From positions 56,792,001 through 56,856,000 of the forward strand of contig NC_043004.1 in NCBI RefSeq assembly GCF_006345805.1: a stretch of DNA of 64,000 nt. The letters are read 5' to 3'. Positions 27,020-38,557 of this stretch are shown in pieces. Each line of letters begins with the position of its first letter. The first letter of the stretch is position 1. Under the pieces are notes generated by a model. The model was not told the DNA's origin and made no database searches. It saw only the letters and a program-made list of their open reading frames with translations. A program made the position numbers and the translations under genes. This stretch comes from Octopus sinensis (Eukaryota).

Positions 27020-27510
27020 GTGTGTGTGTGTAGGTATGTATAGGTACACATGTGTATGTGTATGTGTATGTATGTGTGTGTGTGTATGTATGTGCACACA
27101 TGTATATATATGTATGCGTGTATATGTATATATATATATATATATGTACATATGCGTATGTGGGTGTATGTGTATATATAGGTGTAAAATATGTGTATAT
27201 ATAGGGAACTAGGTGTGTTGTGTGTGCATTTTTATTTTTTATTTTTTATTTTTTTATTTTATTATTTTATTTTTTTATTTATTTATTTTTTTATTTTTTA
27301 TTTTTTTATTATTTTTTTATTTTTTTTATTTTATTATTTTATTATTTATATTTTTTCTATTTATCTATTCTTTCATCTAACTTACCACTGACTCCTTGAC
27401 CACTCCCCCAAGTATGATATTTTGCGCTATGCCTACCCCCAAAAAGTCCCCCACCACCACTCCTTTAAACCTGCCTAAATGTATAAATGCTAATACAATT
27501 CTTGTTAAAT

Positions 27511-27561
27511 AGCTTCCTGAAGATTTCTCTTGAATGAAACAGTACTAGTCCTGTAGAAGCT
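27511..27561 (+). ncRNA. Type I hammerhead ribozyme motif (right arm)
   Basis: Same sequence as 23490-23540, on the plus strand. Confidence 0.7.
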
Positions 27562-27590
27562 CCTTCTATATAATAAATATATATATATAT

Positions 27591-27966
27591 AGGCGCAGGA
27601 GTGGCTGTGTGGTAAGTAGCTTGCTAACCAACCACACGGTTGCGGGTTCAGTCCCACTGCGTGGCATCTTGGGCAAGTGTCTTCTACTATAGCCCCGGGC
27701 CGACCAATGCCTTGTGAGTGGATTTGGTAGACGGAAACTGAAAGAAGCCTGTCGTATATATGTATATATATATGTATATGTGTGTGTTTGTGTGTCTGTG
27801 TTTGTGTTTGTCCCCCTAGCATTGCTTGACAACCGATGCTGGTGTGTTTACGTCCCCGTCACTTAGCGGTTCGGCAAAAAGAGACCGATAGAATAAGTAC
27901 TAAAAGGTGGTGCTCCAGCATGGCCGCAGTCAAATGACTGAAACAAGTAAAAGAGTAAAAGAGTAA
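27591..27966 (+). mobile_element. Full-length SINE family A (short internal deletion near the 3' end)
   Basis: AGGCGCAGGAGTGGCTGTGTGGTAAG (A box) ... GGTTCAGTCCC (B box) ... GAAACAAGTAAAAGAGTAAAAGAG. Confidence 0.92.
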
Positions 27967-29287
27967 TATATGTGTGTGTGTGTGTGTATGTACTATGTAA
28001 TAAATAATACACATTTAAACCTTTATTACAATCACATTATTTCGCTGGGTATAAACTTCGAAAGATATAGCGATGCGACCATGATTCTAAATTGTACTGA
28101 GGACTGTTAACTAGCAAAATATTTGTTTCACGTTAGTTGATGAAATAACATTTAAAAGTCAATAGTTAAGATGCATGGACTAAAATTTAACGGTGTCAAT
28201 GGGCAGGGATGAAGCAATATTTGTTTTCAGACTCTCTTAAACATTTGGATGTTATATTCCTGAAATGGGAATATAAAATCCAAATACGTTTGTTATTTAC
28301 AATAGGAAAAATAAAAATTATACATCTAGCTTTTGCTTAAAAAACGCTACAAATAACTGAAACAAAAAGACGCTTGAAAACACACAAACACGCATTCATA
28401 TATATATGTTAACAGAATTATTTCTTTTATTTTACTAATAATCACAAAATTGAGAGAGTTTTGGGTATTTTGACTATTCTTTATGTTCATGCTGTTCTCT
28501 TCCATCACATCGAAAATGGGACGAAATAAATAGCAAATCTTTGAAACTTTGTGAAATTTATGATATCAAGCAATGGAAATGACATGTCCTGCTTCGGATT
28601 CAATTCTTTATTGCTTTAGAGCAACTGGAATTCTGTAGTCGTCTTCTAGTGGACTTGAAAAGGAATAACGAATAATATATGATTTATTAATAACACCTGC
28701 CATCGTCCACTATCGTCCTGCTAGAATACCGACAGCGTTTAACCAGATATGATTGGCATAGTATCAATTTAGATATGGCTTACTACAGCTCAGCATGTGA
28801 TTCCACCAAGTGTCTGGGAGAGTGTCAATGTACATACAATACATATTCATCAAAATTTGAAAGAGGAAATACACGTGGTATTCTGACAGACAGCTAGATT
28901 TTAGATGTAACCCATAAGAAATTTCATCGTAAAAGAAAATATTAGACCGATATTTCGAACGAGAAAACTTTTTTATTTTAATGTAGCAATATATGTGCTA
29001 GGTTCGAAGATAACATATTTAACTGGGCACTAATTCATTTCGCTGTATACTAAAGTAGGAGTTATCGTATATATTTTATTTTTATTTTATTTCATCTAGT
29101 TTCAGCTCACGAGCTGTGGCCATGCTGGGGCACCGCCATTTGGTGTTGCTACATGATTTTACTTCACGAATGCTTTTTAGCAACTGCCATTTGGTGCATA
29201 TATATAAATATATATATATATATAGCAACTGCCATTTAGTGCATATATATATATCATATCATATTAGTACGACTAAAATCTGAGTTA

Positions 29288-29325
<38 letters not shown>

Positions 29326-30453
29326 TATCATATTAGTACGACTAAAATCTGAGTTAATTTATATATCTATACATTTATCATGATTTTTCTCTCAGAAATA
29401 GTCATTTCTCTTACATTATATCTTATTTCATTTATTGTAGTTGAAATAGCATGGTTTGTTGTTGCTTTGTGCACCAGGTCAGGTTTCGCTAACAAAACCC
29501 ATCTCTTGTTGTTAGCCAGTTGACCGAGTATAAGTTATATACTGAAATTGGTTTCCATATATGGCGTTTTTTTGTATACATTGAATATTATACAGCGAAC
29601 TAAAGCACTTTACTATTCATTTAATGCTCCAGTATTTGCAGCTTATCATAAGGAATACAGTGTAATATGCAACATTATTCCTTTCATTCATTTCCTCATT
29701 TATTACACTTACCTTGGGCAATTGTTACTCATTTATTTTATCACCTGTACAATACATCTACTTACAATGTCCGTCATTTTATAAGGTTATTTGAAATACA
29801 ATTACATATTGATATTTTACAATTTGAAGGAATGAACTCCTGAGGAGCGTTAGTTCTTCACTTGTGTTCTAGTAGAAGAGTGTGGGTGAATGAAGCTTAG
29901 TGTTTTCTATATTGCTGCATATGTATCTGCGCGGTAATTGTCAATATTGTGCCATTGGCGCTAATAGATGAACTCGGTGCAAGAAGAAACACGGCCGTTC
30001 ACACACATAGTTTTGTCTTTCATTTCGAGTATGGTAGTTTTATTTTATAAATGTTTTAGTGTTTCCTTTTATGGGAATAGTACAAATTTGCCCATAAATG
30101 CTGCCCATAAATACAGCCTTACGGTCTTTGCTGCTTTATTGTCCCTCAGCTCTAAGTCAACTGTAATCGAGGGTCTATATTATCTAATATGTAATTTCTT
30201 TATGAAACAATAGCGTATGGTTTAAGTGAAATTTGATTGGTTATTCTATCTGACTAATCGACTGCGCAGAAGGTCGCTTGCTATTTCGCTGTATTTGTTT
30301 TCAGGGTTTTTTAAAAATTTTTTTGCGGACTGCTGTAGGTGGTTGCGGACAAATAGATAAGATCTGTCAAAGAGTAAATTTATGCATATAACCGATGTCT
30401 TGTCCCTTTGAGATGTCTAAGTGTGTCTATCTATAGTCCTCTTTTATTTATTA

Positions 30454-30848
30454 CTAGCAGTATCACCCGGCGTTGCTCGGGTTTGTAAGGGAAATAACTA
30501 TATAAGCATTTTTAGAGATGTAAAGTATAATAGTCATCTCAATATGGCTAACCACAAAGGGGGGGTGTTACTGTAGCTTTTTACGTACTGAGATTTAATA
30601 AAAATTTTTTAGAGAGTTACCTCCCTTATATATGCCAAAAATGCATTAAAAATGGTAAAAATTTATGGTAATTTTTTTAAAAATCGTAGACTCATCGTAG
30701 GCGCGCGCTAATACCCAGAAGGGCTCGATATGAATCACGACTATAAGATACCCGGTTTTGGTTACTCTGCACCGCAAAATGTGGGAGTAGTTAGGAATCT
30801 AAATCGTAGGAGACAGACAGCACACAACCTCTCTTTTATATATAAAGA
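30454..30848 (-). mobile_element. Non-autonomous Helitron, copy A
   Basis: The minus strand starts A|TCTTTATATATAAAAG and ends with hairpin CCCGAGCAACGCCGGG then CTAG|T. These are canonical Helitron termini at an AT target. Confidence 0.85.
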
Positions 30849-31077
30849 TGTCTCTTAAATTTGGTGTTATTGTTATAGTGGAAGCATTTGAAACTCATAT
30901 ATAACCGAAACATTCAGTGCTAGATGTAATATACTGTTAGGGGTTTCTTTACCATGGCAAATTGTGACGCGTGCTGTTGTCTTGTGTCTAGATTTGTTTC
31001 ATCAACTCTCTCTTCTAAATCTTCTGTTGTATTCATCTTTATCTACGTTGTCCTTTTTTTAAGAAGGTAACTGCATA

Positions 31078-31570
31078 TCTTTATATATAAAAGTCAAGTT
31101 GTGTCTGTCTCCTACGATTTAGATTCCTAACTACTCCCACATTTTGCGGTGCAGTTTAACCAAAACCGGGTATCTTATAGTCGTGATACATATCGAGCCC
31201 TTCTGGGTATTAGCGCGCGTCTACGATGAGTCTACAATTTAAAAAAAAATTACCATCATTTTTTTCCATTTTAATGCATTTTTTCGCTATTACATAAGGG
31301 AAGTAACTCTCTAAAAATGTCTACGATGAGTCAACGATTTAAAAAAAAATTACCACTATTTTTTTCCATTTTAATGCATTTTTCTTGCTATTACATAAGG
31401 GAAGTAACTCTCTAAAAATGTCTACGATGAGTCAACGATTTAAAAAAAATTACCATAATTTTTTTTCCATTTTTAATGCATTTTTTGCTATTTCTTGGCT
31501 ATAACTCTCTAAAAATGCTTATATAGTTATTTCCCTTACAAACCCGAGCAACACCGGGCGACACTGCTAG
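31078..31570 (+). mobile_element. Non-autonomous Helitron, copy B, with an internal ~100 bp unit repeated three times
   Basis: A|TCTTTATATATAAAAG ... CCCGAGCAACACCGGG ... CTAG|T. The internal units start at 31220, 31320 and 31421. Confidence 0.85.
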
Positions 31571-33388
31571 TAGTAATTAAAGTTGATTATAATCTAACCA
31601 TCGATCCTCATTTAGCTTTACGCATGACATAATCTGACATGCCAATTAACTATTCCCCCATAAAGTCCATAAAAAAAAACATCCATCCATGTACCGTGTC
31701 AATAATCCTAAACGTGGTATATCAAGCATGAGATAAATATAGATTTTGTATTTCAGGGAAGCAAATTCACAAGGTTCTGTATCCCGTTAAAACCATTAAA
31801 AAATAAACAATCTAAACAATATCTGTAATTACCTCAGTACATTAGGCATCTTTATTTTCATAGCCATCTCAATGTCCCGAACATTTTTTTTAATTAACCA
31901 TCCGCTTCTTCTTCTACGTAAATGCATTACAGTTCATCCCTCGAACAGTATTTTGTTTCGTAACTGTATGACTATATCTGCAAATCACATGTTCACGATA
32001 TCCGTTGCAAACTTTGTACTCATTGCATAACTTCATTATATGTCACTTATCTGTTTTCCCTGTTTTTCTTAAACAGTTTCTTCGTTTCCTAAATCGCTTC
32101 CAGTATCCATCACTTTTTGTTAAAGCTTCTTTATGCAAATATCAGAATCTGACATCTCTTCATGAGTCTCATTATTGTCACTATCACCAGTTGATAGATT
32201 TATTTCATGGATTCCTAAGTCATGTAGAAATTAATGGATCATTTTATATGCTAGTTTTATATGCTATGAATCCTTAACAATCTGTGAGCTGATTAAGATA
32301 ACCACTTGCTGTTATTTTCTTTTTACTTCGACAATTACGTTCACATGTCCTCTCTAATATAAATCATCGCTTCCAGTTATTCTATACCAATAGTGTATTG
32401 CTCATGCAAAAAGCGTATCGCATGAAATGCAATACTGCACGCTCTCGCTTAATTGTAAATAAATGCTTAATGATTAGCAAGATTTAGTGAAAAGATGAAA
32501 AAAAAAAACTCCAAAGAATTGCTCAGTTTCATTAAATATTCAATTCTCTTTGAGCATTCAACAACCAACATATAAATCAGAAGAGACCTCCAAAGAAACT
32601 AAATCAAATTAAAACGTTTGTTTTTACCAAACCGAATGATTTGCGTCAACAGACAAATCTATTGCGTTTGAAATGCATGAACAAGAAAAAAACCCGATTT
32701 ATTTCACATTAGATTCTATTGTAACTCACCAAAATATACAAAACGATAAAAGACCGCCAAACTAAAGAAAATATATGCAAGTAAAAGTGCATATGGGTTA
32801 AGACTCACTTTGAAACATCGTAGTATCTGTTTCAGTCTCAGTACGCCGGGTCAAGTGTTTCTGCTTTAAACTTCGACTTCATTAATAAGAGTATGAGTTG
32901 CAAGAGAATTTGTGCAGATTTATTGATACTCTCACACACACACTCAGTAATACAGGGACTAACACACACAAAGGCATGATATTTTTGCTGTGTTTTTGTG
33001 TGTGTATCTGTGATTATTTTCAAAAATCGCCTTTTATATTGGGGCAAGTCAGCAGTTTCACAATAACCGTTAAAATCGGTAACAGGCAGAGATATATAGC
33101 AAGGAAAATACGATCGTTTCGAAGTGGTGCCTCAGCAAAAACATAGTCCATAAAATATACAAATAAGGAAATACTGAGTGAATGAATTGTGAAAAAATAC
33201 CGAGGAACATTTCTTTCCACGCTCAGATGTAAAGTACGAGACGTTTAATTCTCGTACTTTCATAAAGAAAGATCTATTGCGTGAAGCTGAAGTACGTTGA
33301 CCATATGATAAGTATTGTCAAAATTGTGAATTTTGAAGTTGCTTATATCTCTCTATAATTCTCCGCCTCTCTCCCTATATACTTATAC

Positions 33389-33419
<31 letters not shown>

Positions 33420-33420
33420 G

Positions 33421-33747
33421 TGACATAGTGACCCCCTTCGGTCAGACACTGACCATGGGTTTGCACCTAGAGAGTTACTGGGCAAGGTTGTTTCATGGAA
33501 GACCAGCAGTCGCCCATGCATACCGGCCTCCCCTCACCACGTCACCGATGTTGTCCAAGGGAAAGGAAAGGGCCGATACAGCTTGGCACCTGTGACGTCG
33601 CAACTCATTTCTACAGCCGAGTGAACTGGAGCAACGTGAAGTAAAGTGTCGTGCTCAAGAACACAACACGCAGCCCGGTCCGGGATTCGATCTCACAACC
33701 TCACGATCGTAAGCACGACGCTCTAACCACTGAGCCACGCGCCTTCA
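33421..33747 (-). mobile_element. SINE family D (tRNA-Arg ACG-like head)
   Basis: Reverse complement TGAAGGCGCGTGGCTCAGTGGTTAGAGCGTCGTGCTTACGATCG...GATCGAATCCCGG. Inserted in (TA)n. Confidence 0.85.
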
Positions 33748-33767
33748 TATATATATATATATATGTG

Positions 33768-33863
<96 letters not shown>

Positions 33864-33955
33864 CTAATACAATTGTTTGTTTGTATTCCACCTGCCTTCG
33901 TCTTTTGTTTATTTTCATAAAGCTTCCCGTTATATATATATATATTTATATATGC

Positions 33956-33986
<31 letters not shown>

Positions 33987-34003
33987 TTGTATATATATAG
34001 TAC

Positions 34004-34054
<51 letters not shown>

Positions 34055-34783
34055 TATACACATATGTATATACCCGTATATACATAAGTATATACACACG
34101 CATCCACACCCATATATATATATATGTATATATTTGTATGTATATATGTAAACAATTTTATATGAATACAAAACATCACACATTTCCTTCATATTAGAGT
34201 TACTAGTTATAGAGTTATAATAATTTTATTGAGTATATTATAGTAACTGAAAATATAAGATGATACTTCAGTGGTCCTGATTGACTTCTTCGTTGCAATG
34301 CATTTCTTCAAAAAATTGTATCTTATAATAATGTGACAGTAATATAACAGCTGATCACTGATTAATATTTTACCCTCATTCGCATTTTTATGAAATCTAC
34401 AAACTCTTCCACAAACATAAATAGAACCCCATCCAACGATGTAAAGAAAACTATCTTCGTCCAAAAATAATAACCATGCGACTTTGTAATTAAATTTTGG
34501 AGTAGATCGGCAGTGGTAAACTGCGCAAGTATTTCATGATATTTGCTACAATCGGCAAAGAGTGTGTTAAAGTCTTCCGGCAGACGTTCAAAATTTGCGC
34601 TATCATTTCCTTTGTTCTAAATTAGGAATAAGCAGGACAATCGAATACAGCTCGGGGAATATATACATTTGAAGAGATTAGGTATACATACATACATACA
34701 TACATATGTATATGATGTTGAATTCCCTCTTGAGTGTATATATATATATAATATATATATATATATATACACTCACACATAAT

Positions 34784-34871
<88 letters not shown>

Positions 34872-35051
34872 TCGGACGTATATTTGCCATTTCAATATGG
34901 CTACCCTAAGGGTGGATGCTACTGTAGTTTTTAGCCCCAGGAGGACACACTCCTCCAGCTGGCCATAGACACACTTCTGGCAAATATACGTCACGATGTG
35001 TTACCGCTACTGTATATAACTCACTTTGATATTTATCATTATATATATAAT

Positions 35052-35085
<34 letters not shown>

Positions 35086-37618
35086 ATGCAAATAAGTAAC
35101 AAGGATGTACAGGTTTCAATACATTACGAACGTTTCGAGCGGCTCAATAGTTCAATGAAATGAGTTTAGAAAATAATGAATATGTTATTAAGCCTGCTAT
35201 AATATATGCATTATTTTCTAAACTCATTCTGCCATAGATATAACATAAGTAAATAAATTAATTATTTTGCCTACTTTTGGTGATGTAAATTTCTTTAAAA
35301 TGGAGTATCCTTTGTTTGACATCTGTATGGCCATCTGCAACTGAAGAGACAGGATACTTTCAAGTTGATGTAATGTTTTCATTGATCAATAAAATGGAAC
35401 TGCTTGAAACGGCCGTAATGTATTGACACCTGTAATCCTTGTTACTTATTTACATTCTGTTTACCTAACTTGCAGCAATGCAAACTGGCAAGGTGCCTCA
35501 ATTTCAGTACCCAATTCAACTGAATCTTAATTATATTGTATGTGTGTATGTGTGTTTGTGTGTATGCTTGTGTGTAAATACATGTTCTGCATGTTTGTGT
35601 GTGTGGCAGTATGTGTGTAGTGTTTATGCAGTAAACACAGTACGTACATGCAGCCTTACTGTCTTATTTTCATTGTCCGTTTTCCCTACTTTTTATATTG
35701 GATTTATATTAATATAACTTGTCACCCATTTTTTTATAGGATTTCATTCTCCTTTTCTTCTCCTTTATTTGCTACGCTTGCTATTCCGCGTTTTTACTTT
35801 TTGACTCACTTCTGTGCAAGTTTTAAAATCGATATTCTAAAAATGCTTGAAAATGTAAGTCCTTAGGTTATTACCTGAAACATTGCTCGTAATTAGGTTG
35901 ATGGATAGTCTAATTTAACCATTTGTAACTGTCAATCCAGCTTATTCTCTTTCATTTTCAATGAAGATACATCTCATTCACTTCCCCCGTCTATATTTCC
36001 ATCTCATTTCCCATTATATTCCAGTTATTTATCTTTATCAGTCGCTTTGTAATATAACTTGACAAAACAGCAACATATAGATTGTCAATAGGAAACAATG
36101 TTGAATTAATTTCTGTAGTGTTAACTCATGTATATCTCATTACAGTAAATTTTGTTCAACAAAAGCATGCATGGTCGTTCTGCTAATAAAGGCTGCTGTC
36201 GTATGCCTTAGCGTTTACCATAGCCACACCGCGTATGATGTCATGCCGTCTATGTGGCCATTGAACAAATTTTACGGTTGAGGATAGATTGAAAGAGAAA
36301 AGCACGTTGACAGTAAGTTTACCTAACGAATTTTAAGGTGGCGAATAATTTGAATATAGAATAGTTTCAGTGAAGCTGGTTAGGTTAGTGCACATTTTGC
36401 TAGCTATAGAATTAAGCATGAGTAATGCAATTTTCTAAGCAATGAATAACGAAGAAAAATAAATCAAACGATACCCCGGGATAAAATACATGAATGAATT
36501 TATTTGCACATTAGAATTCAGGTAGTTCAATGAAGTTGAAATCTGAATGGCCAAAAACAATATATAATATATGTAACAAAATAAAAGAATTCCAACCTGC
36601 AGTTCAGACTGTGTGGATTTGCGCCCTACAGAAAGAATGTGACATTCTGTTTGATTTTGTTTACTTACCCACGAACAGAAGTGAATATTTTGTGAAAGAA
36701 GAAATAAAACAGAATGTATTAGAAGTTTTTCTTCTTTTTCTTTATCTGTAAACGTTTCTTTCCTTTTGATTAAGGCTGCCGAATTATCTGCTAAAAAACT
36801 CAGTTAACAGTCTTTATTTAATATACTTGACAAAGTTATCAAATAACGTCATGACTTACGAAGTCAAAATCTGATTTCAGTGATGAAGTTAACATCACAG
36901 AATATAAGCAAATATAAATGTAAAATGGTGTTCTATTTAGAAATATCAATCAACTGCTTCAATTGCATTAATAAAAAGATTTAAAGTGAACGTTATTTGC
37001 TGTTGCTATGTTCTGTAACCACAAAAATGTACTTTTTGTCTGTTATATATATATATATGCTACTAATAATTAAGAAACTTTTATAACTAATAATAAATTT
37101 AAATTACTACTTCCATATATACGTACATTTCAGCGGAAAATATATGTAATTTGGGCGACATAATGCACTATGAATTTGATTCTGAAAATAAAAAAAAAGT
37201 TTCGCTGGAATCTTTCTCACTTAATGATAGTTGGCTCTCAAGGTGTATTAATACACTATTTCAAATTACGAATCGCGTTCAGCCAGGTTTGGTTCCTGGA
37301 AGGATTATTGTAAACCATGTTATTCAAAACGGAAAGCATGATTAAACCTTCATCTTAAATATAGGCTACTTGACCATGTGTGATGATTGTTTAATCTCTT
37401 TTCCCTTTTCGAAGAACATGATTTACATGTAACTATCAGGTACCTTTGTTTTGCCAAACGTAATTCGTAATATCCTATTAGCATACACGCATATATGTCT
37501 GTATATATATATATATATATACCGGAGTAAACACATAAATGTGAAACAAGGTGGAAAAAAGAGTACTCAAATACGTGAGGTAGAGTACTATCCTTATTTC
37601 TGCTGCTTTTAAATAAAG

Positions 37619-37673
<55 letters not shown>

Positions 37674-37676
37674 ATA

Positions 37677-37735
<59 letters not shown>

Positions 37736-38000
37736 ATAATATATATATATAGGGGAAAACGAATTAAAAAGAGGTACAAAAAGAGAGAAAGAATGATTTC
37801 TAATAAAGATTCACATATTCATATAAAACAGCCAGAGCAACTAATAAGAATGTGAAAATAGTTGCTGAAAAATATCGTTATTTTTATAAATATACATGCA
37901 AAGAAAAAAAACAAAGGATACTTAATGTTTGTACAGTTTTCCTTTAATATTGCAGCTTGTTTCTAACATAGTCTTGCCTATCACTTTTTAGCCCCATGTA

Positions 38001-38045
<45 letters not shown>

Positions 38046-38511
38046 CTTTTGCAATATTAATATGTACATGTATAACTCTCTAGGGATTATTCTACTAGTC
38101 CACCTGTTACGTTATATTCTACTATACACACGTGGCCCTGTTTACCGCGCATATAGACCTGCATACACATTGATGTGGCTGTCGTTTTCTCTCTTCTTTG
38201 TCTCTTACTGTTATTTCTCCCTTCTACAACTTGCTTGTAAATATCCGATTTTTTTCCTATTACCTCATTTGTATTCTCCCTTATTTTAACTTACATTATT
38301 TTATTAAACCTTTTTCGATGTCTTTACGAAAATTCCTCACACTGATGAAAATGCCATTTTTTTCTTACATACTTTTATTGTCCTTCAAAACGCGCTGATT
38401 ATAAAGAATCCTATTTTGTGTTAAATCTAATTTTGATTCAACATCTTTTTCTTCTCCATTTTTCTATTATTGTTTATGGTATATTTATACCTATAACGAT
38501 GTTTTTCAACT

Positions 38512-38557
<46 letters not shown>

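Larger units (their letters stand above)
23473..27578. repeat. ~4.1 kb inverted duplication (palindrome) with ~2 kb arms centred near 25525
   Basis: 23473-~25470 is the reverse complement of ~25575-27578. This includes the unique blocks 23473-23690/27360-27578 and 24060-24380/26680-26990. Differences are mostly small indels in microsatellites. Confidence 0.95.

Noticed and set aside
28693-28890. Stop-free plus frame ...RYDWHSINLDMAYYSSACDSTKCLGECQCTY...
   Set aside because: It is short and unrecognised, with no clear splice signals or start context.
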